Of a stretch of 64,000 nt of DNA, positions 1-11,062 are shown piece after piece. The first letter of the stretch is position 1; each line of letters opens with the position of its first letter. This DNA comes from Podarcis filfolensis. Lineage: Eukaryota. The translations under genes and the position numbers were made by a program. The notes beneath the pieces were generated by a model. It ran no database searches. It was not told the DNA's origin and worked only from the letters and a program-made list of their open reading frames with translations. The stretch lies in assembly GCA_964270895.1 (NCBI GenBank), contig OZ185435.1. One strand, written 5' to 3'.

Positions 1-82
1 AGGGGAAGAGAGAGTTGCCAAAAATGCCCACGATCCCAGTTCCACTGGATCAAAGAGCTTTCTAACAGAGGCAGATCACCAA
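1..82 (-). CDS. Candidate internal coding exon, running off the window start: (I)GDLPLLESSLIQWNWDRGHFWQLSLP...
   Basis: Minus-strand acceptor ttttgcttttaattactttgggctatatccag| (AG at 84-83). Only one of three frames is open, and it matches the phase-1 end of the 195-252 candidate exon. Protein not recognised. Confidence 0.3.
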
Positions 83-194
83 CTGGATATAGCCCAAAGT
101 AATTAAAAGCAAAAGATTTCACACTAGTTCTGAGCACCCCAGAGGCGATGTAAAATGCAATGTGAGGTGACAATTCTCACCCCTAAATACTCAC

Positions 195-252
195 TTGCTT
201 TCAAGGTTGACCCAGTAGTATTGCCATTTGATTCAACAGGGTTGTTTCCCAA
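195..252 (-). CDS. Candidate 58-nt internal exon, LGNNPVESNGNTTGSTLKA(+a)
   Basis: Minus strand: ggttgacattttaaaatag|TTG...GCA A|gtgagt. Strong donor at 194-189 and a 112-nt intron to the next candidate exon, with compatible phase. The acceptor is weak. Confidence 0.28.
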
Positions 253-281
253 CTATTTTAAAATGTCAACCACAAGCTAAG

Positions 282-571
282 TGAAATATACTCAGAGTCG
301 CAAAGTGATTTCATGCTCTTTATTCAGCTCATAGTGGTGAGGAGGAATGAATGGAAGTCCCCTCAAAGTATCTGCTTTATATACATTACTTACACAATGG
401 GCTGCACATGATTGGCTAATTCCGGAATTCTACTGTAAGCCAATCAGGTTGTGGATTCACTTCTATCTGGAGCATGATTGGGTGGTTCCTTCCAACCAAT
501 CATACTGCTGGATTGTTCTAGGACCAATCAGACTGCTGCAGTTTGGATCCTATTCAACTCAATATATAACA
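282..571 (-). repeat. 3' LTR (290 bp)
   Basis: TG..CA termini. Matches 4794-5123 except for 3 substitutions (337, 423, 511) and a 40-bp indel. Minus-strand TATATAAA at 383-376, AATAAA at 324-319, and five CCAAT/ATTGG boxes. Confidence 0.96.
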
Positions 572-583
572 CCCCTCCCCTCT
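572..583 (-). promoter_or_regulatory. Polypurine tract (AGAGGGGAGGGG)
   Basis: Purine run directly 5' of the 3' LTR on the minus strand, overlapping the pol stop codon. Confidence 0.9.
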
Positions 584-3500
584 AAGTTCCAGTCCTGCCC
601 GGGAGGTCGCATTCATAGTCCTCAAGGTACACCGGCGGCCTACGTGTGCGTTGCGGCCTGGGGTGTTCCCTGGTCCGGGGTTCAGGTTCTGGCTTATGTT
701 CCAAGGATGCTGGCTGTGATGGGGCTGTTTGGTCTGGCGCAACCGGCTCGCTCAGTCGTGGTTCTGGTTCCGGCGTCCTTTCGGCCTCACGGGTCCTCTC
801 TGTATTTACTGATTCTGCCACTCCTGCTTGCCCCTGCTGCTCTATGGGCCTAACTGCCCCACTGTTCCCTTGGGACTCCTCTGATCTGTCCTCCTCCTCC
901 TGGTTTTCTCCCGGGAATCGTTGCCGTATCTGGTCGCAGTGGCGGCGCCAGCATTGCCCCCCATCTGTTAGCACCTCGTACGACACGGGGCCAGTGACCC
1001 TGGTGACTGTGGCGGGTACCCATGCAGGGCCTGCCCCAAAATTCTTTGCATACACTGGGTCCTGGGCCTCGAAGGTCCGGGGGTTCCTGCCTTCCCCCAC
1101 CACTACCTCATCCTGAGCTCTATCGGGGTGAAGGCGGTCCAATCTGATTGCAAAGCGCCGACCCATTAGTAGTTCAGCGGGGCTCCAGCCAGTCGTTGAG
1201 CTGGGGGTGCTGTGCTGTGCTGTGCTAGAAGGAATGTGGCAAGGCGGTACTCCCAATCCCCTTGCGTCATGCGGCGAAGGGTGTCCTTGGTGGTCCGCAC
1301 CATGCGTTCTGCTTGGCCATTGGTGGCAGGGTGGAATGGCGCTGAACGGATGTGGCGGATGGCGTTCTGCGCTGTGAAGGTCTGGAATTCTCCTGACGTA
1401 AATGCAGTCCCGTTGTCTGAGACGAGAGTGTCAGGGAGCCCGTGGGTTGCAAACAGCCTGCGTAGTACCCGGATGGCTGCAGACATAGAAGTGGACGGTA
1501 CCAGTGTGACTTCCAGCCATTTGGTGTAGGAGTCCACCATTATGAAGAATGTTTTCCCCTGAAAGGGGCCAGCGAAGTCCACATGCAGGCGTGACTATGG
1601 TGCTCGGGCAGACTCCCAGGACTGGACTGGGGCCCTTGGGGGATCTGGGCGGGATTCTTGGCAGGCCTGGCAGTGTTTGACCCAGGCCTCTATCTCTCCG
1701 TCGATCCCCGGCCACCACACATAACTCCTGGCAAGGGCCTTCATTCTTACTACCCCTGGGTGTGTCTCGTGTAGAGCTGTGAGGACCCTTTTGCGGAGGG
1801 GCTGGGGAACAACGACCCTGCTTCCCCATAACAGGCACCCCTTGTGGGCCAACAGTTCATGTTTGCAGGTTGTGTAGCTGGCGAATTCTGGCCCGGGGCT
1901 GCTGCTGGGCCATCCCTTCCACACCCAGTCCAGGACCCGGGAGATGACCCTATCTTTCTTGGAATGGTGTGCAACTTCTTGTGCCTGAATGGGGCGGTCG
2001 GGAAGCAGCACCAGGCTCATAACCTCTTGTGCAGGTTCTGGGTCGGGGCCTGTTTCCGGTAGTGGTAGCCTGCTGAGGGCGTCCGCATGGCCCATCGCCT
2101 TCCCAGGGCGGTGAATCAGTGCATACTGGTAGCTGGCAAGGAAAATTGACCACCTGAGGATGCGAGGAGACAGCACTTGGGGGGGGTCTGCTTTTCGGGG
2201 GCAAACAAGCCAAGCAACGGCTTGTGGTCAGTCACCACGGTGAAGGGCCACCCGTACAAGAAATCATGGAATTTTTTTACTCCCTTCACGATTGCCAGAC
2301 CCTCCTTGTCAATTTGCGAGTAGTTCCGCTCGGTTGCGTTGAGTGTCTGGGAAAAGTATGCCACCGGTACCTCTCTTCCATCCGGGAGTTGGTGTCCCAG
2401 GACAGCACCAATGCCACAGGGCGAGGCGTCGCATGCTAGCACCACCGGCAGCCTCTCGTCGAAGTGTGCCAAGACCGAGTTTGAGACAAGCAAGTCCTTG
2501 ACTGCCTGGAATGCGGCCTCCTGGCGCTGGCCCCACACCCAAGGGGCCCGCTTGTCCAGGAGTCTGTGTAGGGGCTCCGCTACCGCTGCCTTGTGGGGAA
2601 GGAAGGAATGGTAAAAGTTCAATAGTCCCAAGAAGGCCTGAAGTTCAGTCTTGTTCTTGGGCGCTGGGGCATCACAAATGGCCCGTACCTTGTCCCCAGT
2701 CGGGTGGACCCCTTCTGCGTCCACCATGAATCCCAGAAAGTCCACCTGAGGCACTCCTAGTAGACATTTTTCCCGCTTCACCTTGAGACCCACCGTCTGG
2801 AAACGGTGCAGAACGGTGCGGAGGCGGTCTTCAAACTCATCTGGTGTGGGCCCAGCAATCAACACATCATCGAAGAAGGGGGTGACACCAGGAATCCCTT
2901 TAAGGAGAGAGTCCATTAGATTCTGGAATATGCCTGGTGTCACGCTGACACCGAATTGCAGCCGCTTTACCCTGAACGCTCATCTGTGCGTCACAATCGT
3001 CTGTGCCTCTGCTGTGGCCTCATCTACTGGCAGCTGTTGATATGCTTGGGCCAAGTCCAGCTTGCCAAAAATTTTCGACCCAGCCAGGGTGGCAAGGACA
3101 TGGCTGACCACTGGCACTGGGTATGCATGGGCTGTGAGGGCCTTGTTTATGGTACATTTGTAGTCTGCACAGATGCGGACCAAACCATTAGGCTTGACGG
3201 GTGTGACGATTGAGGTTTCCCAGGGGGCATTAGGCACCGGCTCCAGCACTCCTTGCTCCACGAGTCGGTCCAATTCCTCGTCTATACGGGGTTTCAGGGC
3301 GAACGGGACCCGGCGGGCCTTGAGCCTGACCGGTCGTACTGCGGGGTCAAGCTGTAGAGCAATGGGGGGGCCCGTATACTGTCCCAATTTCCCATCGAAA
3401 ACCCCCGGAAATTCCTTGCATATGGCGTCCACATCCACTTGTAAGCTCGTGTGGTTCACCCCGGTGACGGCTAGCCCCAGTGGTCCAAACCATGCCAATC

Positions 3501-4668
3501 CCAGTAAGCTAATGTAGGGGCCCTTGACCACAAGCAAGTCCAGTTGCTGCGTCCACCCTCGGTATTGCACCCTGAAGGTCCCCACCCCCATTGTGGGGAC
3601 CTTACGTTTCTGGAAGTCCCGGAGGGTGAATGGGGCCGGCCTGAGTTTGGGACCCCCAGTAGGACACAGTTTCCTTAAGGTCCTTGCCGAGATTATGGAT
3701 AGAGTTGAACCCGTGTCAAGCTCCATGCGGCATGGGGCCCCCTCTATCTGTACCTCCACATAAATTTTCTCTATGTTGGGGTGGGGCAACTGGTATACCT
3801 GGAAGTCCGTGAGCTCCGTTGAGTTGCCTTGGTGCGTTGGGCCCCGGGACCTGGGGCTCTTGGATTGGTCATCTGATGCCTGGCGTCGGGTGGGCCGAGC
3901 CCGACACACCCGGGCGATGTGTCCCAATTTTCTGTACTGCCTGCACTCTGTGTTGCGGAAACGGCAGGTCCTCCTCTCGTGACTTTCTCCACAGCTTGCG
4001 CAGTTCCCTCCTTCTCGTCGAGGCAGCTGTGGTATGTGGGCTGCTTGAGTGCGCTGCTGTACTCGGTGTACCTCCTCCCTGTTGGATCCTGAGTCGTCGG
4101 TGAGGTCTTCGTGGTGAACCCTCGGTTGGGACGGCTGGCTCGGCCGTGCCTCTTGCGTCGACCTATCGGCAGCTTCCGTTGCCAGGGCCTCCTCCAGAGC
4201 GACCTGGAACGTTAGGTTCTTCTTAGCGTAGAGGCGTCGTTGCAGCTTCTCATCCTTCAGGCAACCGACGAGGCGGTCCCGAAGCATGTTCTCCAGCTCT
4301 GAGAAGTTGCAGAACCAGGTGGCTTGGCGGAGAGAGGTCACAAACCCAGTTATGGTTTCCCCAGGGGCTTGCCGCTTTGCGCAGAAGGCATTTCGACGAG
4401 CCACTACTGAGGGCTGTGGCGAAAAGTGCCCCTTCAGATGTTCCATTATTGTTTTGTATGGAACAGTAGCGACATCTTCAGGCGCAAGGAGAGCCCGGGC
4501 GATTTCAAACGTCTCCTCTCCGCAGACGCTGAAGAATATTGCCCTCTTCTTGGCGTCTTCTTCATCGGTGACCCCTTTGGCTTCTAGGAGGAAGGTGAAA
4601 CAGGAGGCGTACGCTTCCCAGTCTCCAGATGCTGGGTTGAACGGCGAGAAGCTGCTGTCGGTTGCCAT
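582..4668 (-). pseudogene. Disrupted gag-pol polyprotein (single ancestral ORF)
   Basis: Gag with zinc knuckles CASCGESHERRTC and CRQYRKLGHIARVC, protease LDTGST, RT (RICADYK, FFDD), RNase H (CDAS, TDHKPL), integrase (HETH..CQAC, D-D-35-E). Lesions: TGA at 2982-2980, +2 nt in the G8 run at 2179-2186, TAG at 1597-1595, and +5 nt in the (TGTGC)n repeat at 1206-1225. Confidence 0.95.
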
Positions 4669-4774
4669 TCTGGGTTCCTTGTGTCCCGGAGCTGAAGCCT
4701 GGATACACGGTGCGAGGCAGCGGTGCGGCAGGTGGCGGTGCTGCGGTGCTGTGTGTGGCAGTCAGCTCAGCAGG

Positions 4775-4792
4775 ATCCCACCTTCGTCGCCA
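4775..4792 (-). promoter_or_regulatory. Primer-binding site for tRNA-Ser(GCU)
   Basis: Minus strand TGGCGACGAAGGTGGGAT, 1 nt from the 5' LTR. It is complementary to the 3' 18 nt (ATCCCACCTTCGTCG-CCA) of vertebrate tRNA-Ser(GCU) as recalled. Confidence 0.85.
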
Positions 4793-4793
4793 G

Positions 4794-5123
4794 TGAAATA
4801 TACTCAGAGTCGCAAAGTGATTTCATGCTCTTTATTCAGCTCATAGTGTTGAGGAGGAATGAATGGAAGTCCCCTCAAAGTATCTGCTTTATATACATTA
4901 CTTACACAATGGGCTGCACATGATTGGCTAATTCTGGAATTCTACTGTAAGCCAATCAGGTTGTGGATTCACTTCTATCTGGAGCATGATTGGGTGGTTC
5001 CTTCCAACCAATCATACTGCTGCATTGTTCTAGGACCAATCAGACTGCTGCATTCTGAATCCTATTGTTCTAGGACCAATCAGACTGCTGCAGTTTGGAT
5101 CCTATTCAACTCAATATATAACA
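4794..5123 (-). repeat. 5' LTR (330 bp) with an internal 2 x 40-bp tandem
   Basis: TG..CA termini. Tandem units at 5024-5063 and 5064-5103, each with a CCAAT box. Confidence 0.96.
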
Positions 5124-6619
5124 CCAAGTATTGGGCAAACCTGAAATCTGTCTACATTTCATTCAGGTGGCCTGCAGATTGCAGTGAGGCAGAGGATGTT
5201 TCAATAGCTCTCATCAATGATGCCTCATTGTCCTCTGGGGGAATCTGTGGTGGGGGATATGGAAAGGGATGTTCTTTCTTTGACCCATTCATTGAGTAAC
5301 CCTGAGCTTTGTTAAAAGCTAGCCTAGTAGCTGTGGAACAAGAGAAGGGCAAAGAGGAGACCTTAGATTGCTGGGGGGCAGAATGTCAAGACTCCTGGGC
5401 TCTTCCGCTTGAATGAAGTTGAGAAAATGGATTGTTACCATGGCTGCTCTTTTCACAGCCAGCTTCGGGGCATCGTGGACCCTCCACCATGAAAATGAAC
5501 CTTCTGTCTGGTAAACTGATGCGCTGCCTCCAGGACAGCAGCAGATCTGAGGTGCAAGGCCTTCCCTTCTCCTCTGCAGGCTTGGATCATTTCACATTCC
5601 ATACAGCCTGACACTGGGGGGCGAGGGTGGGGGGAGGAGAGGATACTTCAGAGGCCAAAACGCATTTCCCTGAAAGCCTCTTGGAATCCAGTAAAATCAG
5701 TAGGAAGATTAAAGACGAGGAAGGTCACAACAACCCTTTCGAAAGTGCCAAGAACAAGCTTTTCTCCACTTGCAAATGAAAGCTTCCATGTGCTATGCTT
5801 TCAAGCTTTTTTTCTGAGACAATTAAATTTGGAGGGAGGGGGCACTGAGCGCTGGTGATAGTATATTGAATATATATAATTTCTACAGTGTGGAAGAAGT
5901 TGAGGGGGGAGTAGCCTAGCTGAAGGGGATAAAAATTTCCTTGAAACTTGCCATCGCCATGATGTCAGACTCATCAATCCAGAGGTTCCCATGGTTCTAG
6001 CCAAATCATATACGCGTCCAAGTTAGGCTCACAATATTGACATGGCCAGGATGTTTAAAGTCACACTTACGGTGCCTGTGGGTCCTCTGTTTGAAGGAGT
6101 TGTCCTCTGAAGGGCTGTCCAGTTATACGTAAGACAGGAAACCAAAGGTCTTGAATTTGCCTGCCAATGACTAGGAGCTGGACTGCAGATTGAGCAAACG
6201 CACATGTCCTCTGGTTCCAGTATGGTGAGAGGTATTGTATTTCTGTTTAATTTATTATAATTATTTCTAAATTTCCATCTACACCTATAAATTAGTTTTA
6301 GGCAAGCTTTATGCAAATTTGTGCACTAGCTTGTCTTTCTTGGACAGCTGATCCATTTCCTCTTTTGGGGGTAGTGTAAGCAGAGCCCTAAACACATCAG
6401 GCAATGGAGTATTTTTGAATGCTGGAAAAAATATCAATTTTCCACAATGGATGTGCTAACAGGACACTCTTCAACCCTTGAGTAAGCATTCCAACTTTAG
6501 GTGGGGGGATTTTATGGATACCAATTCCAGCATCAGATCAATTGATAAGGAACTACAGATATATTGACACCTCCAATACCAGGAGTTTCTTTATTTTAAT
6601 AAATCCAATAATGATAATT

Positions 6620-7008
6620 ATTTTTATTTTTATTATAATATTATAATAAAATATTATTATTATTATTTTATTTATACCCCGCATATATCAGAACATACTA
6701 AAACATCAAACATTAAAAACTTCCCAATACTGCCTTCATATATCTTCTAAAAGTCAGATAGTTGTATATTTCCTTGACACCTGAAGGGAGGGCATTCCAC
6801 AGGGAGAGTGCCACTACCAAGAAGGCCCTCTTCCTTCCCTGTAACCTCGCTTCTCACAGTGAGGGAACCAGCAGAAGACCCTCGGAGGAGGACCTCAGTG
6901 ACTGGGCTGAACGATGAGGGTGGAGATACTCCTTCAGATATACTGGGCCGAGGCCATTTAGGGCTTTAAAGGTCAGCAGCACCACTTTGAATCGTGCTCA
7001 GAAACGCA
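6620..7008 (-). mobile_element. L2-type LINE 3' fragment with AT-rich tail
   Basis: Shares cttctaaaagtcagatagttg...ttccttgaca...gaaggccctc...ccctgtaacctc...gagggaacc with 61385-61680. Boundaries approximate. Confidence 0.7.
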
Positions 7009-7296
7009 TCATTGTCCGGATAGAATGCATGGTCCACAAATGTTTTCTCCCTCTTTGCAATGGCTTCTGAGGTTTTCTTCATTTTCATAACAAACCACAG
7101 AGTGGTGAAAAGAGGCAACCATAGAACCCCTGTTCTATTGGCATGGGGTTAAGAAGTTAGTCCTACCTATTCTTCCATCAGATACTGCAACATTTTATCA
7201 CTGCTTCTGTATTTCAGCAAGGAGGTGGCTAATCTGTTCTCATTTCTGGCTTTTCGGGAAGAGGTTTGTGTTGCTTTAAGCCTTTGGTGCCCTATA

Positions 7297-7409
7297 CAGT
7301 GGTACCTCAGGTTACAGACGCTTCAAGTTACAGACTCCGCTAACTCAGAAATAGTACCTTGGGTTAAGAACTTTGTAACCTGAAGCGTATGTAACCCGAG
7401 GTACCACTG
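7297..7409. mobile_element. Short Tigger/pogo-type MITE with two left-type ends
   Basis: TIR CAGTGGTACCTC(A/G)GGTTA, TA on both sides. Confidence 0.85.
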
Positions 7410-7448
7410 TATAATAAAACGCCTATAGCATGAAACTGAAACAAATTA

Positions 7449-7597
7449 CCATATTTTTCCGTGTATAACACGCCCCCTATTTTTTGGGACTCAAAATTAA
7501 GAAAATGCACTGTGCACTATCCATGTATAAGACGACCCCTTATTTTAAACATAAAAAATTTAGGAAAAAATATAGTCTTATACACTGAAAAATATGG
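7449..7597. mobile_element. Tc1/mariner (Tc2-like) MITE
   Basis: TIRs ccatattttt c / g aaaaatatgg, TA flanks, and an internal gtataagacg motif. Confidence 0.7.
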
Positions 7598-8823
7598 TAA
7601 TTATCAAAGGTATAAACACATCCCTGAGCTGGTGTGTTGTCACTTACATGACTGAACCTCTAGAATATCTCTGCAATTAATAGATGGCATATCAAGAAAC
7701 AGGAACAAGACCATGTTTAACTGAGAGTTTTGGTTTTTTGGTTTTTCTCTCTGGGTGTCCAGCCAAGTTTCCTTCAGCTTTGCAAAAATGTATCGTCTGC
7801 TCTGGTGTTTAAAATCCAGCAGATGAGATCCACTGGGGCATTCAGAGGCAATGCTATGGTATCTCACTATTTATTTATTTATTTATTTGTTTGTTTGTTT
7901 GTTTGTTTGTTTATTTTAAAAAATGCACCTCAAGCATATTGAAACATATGGATATTTAAAAAAATATATCACTCTGGCTTCAAATATTTATATCTTTCAA
8001 AATATAGAGAAGACAAGTCATTCCTTTTCAAAAAAAATAAAATAAAAGAGTAATATCTAACTGTGATGTTCAGTTACTCAAGGAAATATCTTGCCTAGTC
8101 AGTGTCACCTGCCAGAGGTTCCTTACATATAAATATAGAAAAACTTTACCACTGAACAAGGTGATCACCTTTGCATTAATATAGACATCCAACCAACCAC
8201 ATGGTACAAAACCTTACTCTGTCGCAATTTGTTCATCTCTATTCTCCCCTGAATGTGCTATGAAAGGACATGTCAGTTCAGAACCTATCCACACTTACTG
8301 GAGCACGCTTCAAAGTGCCTAAATATACTCTTTTTTCGAGAGAGAGATTCTTTGGTCACAATTTATGCAACTCAGTTTGCCACGCAGAACTGCTGGAGGT
8401 TGTTCCTTTAGGGAAGATGGGGTGCTGCCTCACCGACATAATTCTGTCTTCAACCAGCTCCCACCTGCCTGCCTTCATCGTGACATTCAGCTCAAGGGTT
8501 GACACTGGCTGTAAGCTTCCTCCTTCTCCATCTCAGTGTTGCCTTTGCAGAACTCTGCAGGGAGAAGGATGAAGACAAAGCTAGAATTAGTTGGCCCTGC
8601 CTATCATTGGCTCTATCTCTGGCTACTCTCGGCCAGTCCACCTTCCACCCTGCCAGTCCCAAAGGGCACCAGCCACCACTGCCCAGAACTCTTTCTCCAT
8701 TGTGTGTAAGCCCTTTAGAGCAGGGATGGTCAATTCACAAGAGACTGCGATCTACTCACAGAGTTAAAAACTGGCAGTGATCTACCCCCTTTTGGGGGGT
8801 TCAGGTCAAAGTTTAGGAAGGAA

Positions 8824-8971
8824 CAGTGGCGTAGCGTGGGTTGTCAGCACCCGGGGCAAGGCAAGTAATTTGCACCCCCTAACCCGTGGATTTGCGCCCC
8901 CTAACCCTAACCCCCAGATGTTGCGCCCGGTGCGGCCGGCCCTCCCCTGCACCCCCCACGCTACGCCACTG
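8824..8971. mobile_element. hAT-type MITE with CCCTAA motifs (copy 1)
   Basis: 17-bp TIR CAGTGGCGTAGCGTGGG and perfect 8-bp TSD GGAAGGAA. Confidence 0.92.
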
Positions 8972-10505
8972 GGAAGGAAAGCCCTGTTTTGGGAGGTTCA
9001 GGTCCTGTTGGACATGCCTGCTTTAGAGGAAATGGTGCTGGGGAAATTGGCAAAAACACACACCCTGCGATGTGGGAGTCCTTCTTCTGTGGCCAACACA
9101 GTGGACAGTACAAGGGGTCTCTGTGAAGCCTTCCACATATGTAAAGGAACCATCCATTTGTGCTAGGAATTTGGACCATAATCCCCATGGTGAACCAATA
9201 TTCACTATTTATGGATATTGCGTTTTTCTAGGGTTCCTAAACTGTTCTGAAATGGGGGAGAGAATGTGCTGATGACACTTCACTAAATGTCTGGATGTTT
9301 AAAGGATCTCACCACTAAATCCCCAGGTTAAAATGACTGTGCTAACCAAATGAGAAATGGTAAGAACGAGAAGAAGAATACCGCTTTGCTTAGGGAGTAC
9401 AGGAAAGGTCCTTTGGGCATAGAAAGATACTGGATAATGAATGAACATTGTATTGACAGCTCTAAATAGAAGAGCCCATTTTGCAAATTAGCATGAGGAG
9501 GGGCTTTTCTGCAGTGATGCAAATGGCAGCCAAGTGAATACAGCAGATTAAGAATTCAGGAGAGAGCATGTTGGGTCTAATTATATAGAGACCAGATTTG
9601 CCTGTCCTTTTCCTGCACCACCACTTAACTAGGCGTCTACAATCAAATGCCATTTAGATTTGAGGGAGGGGGCGAGAAAACCTTTCCCTGACAAAGGGCA
9701 ATGATACATAGCGGAGAGAATGTAACATTATTATATTGGATTCAATACTGGAGCTGAATGCATCGTTTGTACTGACATTTCCCAGCTTTGCATATCTTAA
9801 AACTGAAGTTTTTAGAAACTCATGATTTTGCGTGTGAAAAAACCAGTACTGAAATCATGGTGATGACATACAACTTTCCATTTTAAGACCCAAATAAGTC
9901 TATTAAAAATACACTGCAGTGTCCTGGCTTTTTAGAAATGTTGCGTCAGATTCCCTTAATGTTGAATATGTGGAATCAGCTGAATTTTGAAAGCAATGGA
10001 GGACTGTGAAATGAGGTACAGTGTAGAAAGAAATGGGATATACTTTGATCTACATTTCAGAATTAAAGAAGAGTCTTCAAGTTAGCTTGTCCTGATGTGT
10101 TTTGGGGGGATTAGCCTTCTGAAACTATTACATATGTTCTGATTTCTGCTCTATAGAAGGGTTTGGGAAACATGTGGCCCACACTCAATGTTGAAACCCA
10201 ACTCATTTTCGCCCCAGCCAGTCAAAACTCTTGGGAGTTGTAGTTCAGAAGCATCTGGAGGACCACTAAGTTCCCCACAGCTGCTTTCTGGAGTCTTGTG
10301 GCCACCACAGGATAAAAAAAAGCAGATACATAATTTTATATGTAATGGTATTTATTCCACCACCACTGTGAACTGGTGCCACTTTTAACAAGGTAACAGT
10401 GGATCCTATCCTGGTTCCCAACTGCATTACCTCTCACCAGCTCAGTTTAGATACATGACTGCCTTTCTCCCAAACCTCTTAACCCATACTGACCTGCATC
10501 TAAAT

Positions 10506-10830
10506 TATGGGTAGGCAAACTAAGGCCCGGGGGCCGGATCCAGCCCAATCACCTTCTAAATCTGGCCCGCGGACGGTCCGGGAGTCAGCATGTTTTTACA
10601 TGAGTAGAATGTGTCCTTTTGTTTAAAATGCATCTCTGGGTTATTTGTGGGGCCTGCCTGGTGTTTTTACATGAATAGAATGTGTGCTTTTATTTAAAAT
10701 GCATCTCTGGGTTATTTGTGGGGCATTGGAATTCGTTCATTCCCCCCCCAAAAAAAACCATAGTCTGGCCCCCCACAAGGTCTGAGGGACAGTGGACCGG
10801 CTCCCTGCTGAAAAAGTTTGCTGACCCCTG
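10506..10830. mobile_element. hAT/Charlie-type MITE (copy 1, with an internal tandem duplication)
   Basis: Ends (t)atgggtaggcaaac and gtttgctgacccctg. 8-bp TSD ATCTAAAT fits the NTCTAGAN-like Charlie target. Confidence 0.88.
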
Positions 10831-11062
10831 ATCTAAATTATATTTTCACCATTCACACATTTTCCTAGTTGCTCCACTTCTTCTATCTAGAAGCTTTCTT
10901 GGGTTCTGGGCTGATTCACATATTACGACTTTGAGACATACAGTTGATTCATACATGTCCCACCTGAACACCTCAAGAACCACTACTGGGATCACGGCAG
11001 GGCTGTTTGTGTTGAAATGGAGCCGCCTTGTAAGTAGCAAGCATGTGGCCACACTGATTCCT

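Larger units (their letters stand above)
282..5123 (-). mobile_element. Full-length Ty3/Gypsy LTR retrotransposon (Mag-like, K02A2.6-type pol), inactivated
   Basis: Two TG...CA LTRs (282-571, 4794-5123). 5-bp flanks CTAAG (277-281) and CCAAG (5124-5128). PBS, PPT, and domain order gag(CCHC)-PR-RT-RNase H-IN. No env and no chromodomain. Confidence 0.97.

Noticed and set aside
347-853. 168-aa plus ORF and its 146-aa twin at 4859-5299 (MNGSPLKVSALY...)
   Set aside because: They read antisense through the two LTRs. The shared N-terminus is simply LTR identity, not an antisense or env gene.
1595-1597. TGG-to-TAG change suggesting APOBEC-like hypermutation
   Set aside because: Only one or two such changes, and no consensus is available to show G-to-A enrichment.
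2950-2990. Apparent programmed readthrough or frameshift between gag-PR and RT
   Set aside because: The stop lies inside the RT domain at a conserved Gly and the frame continues. It is a nonsense mutation, not a recoding site.
646-4846. Many plus-strand and off-frame ORFs within the Gypsy element
   Set aside because: Shadow ORFs of a GC-rich coding region.
8299-8560. Strong minus-strand acceptor and gtaagt donor
   Set aside because: All three frames contain stops, and such hexamers are expected many times by chance in 64 kb.
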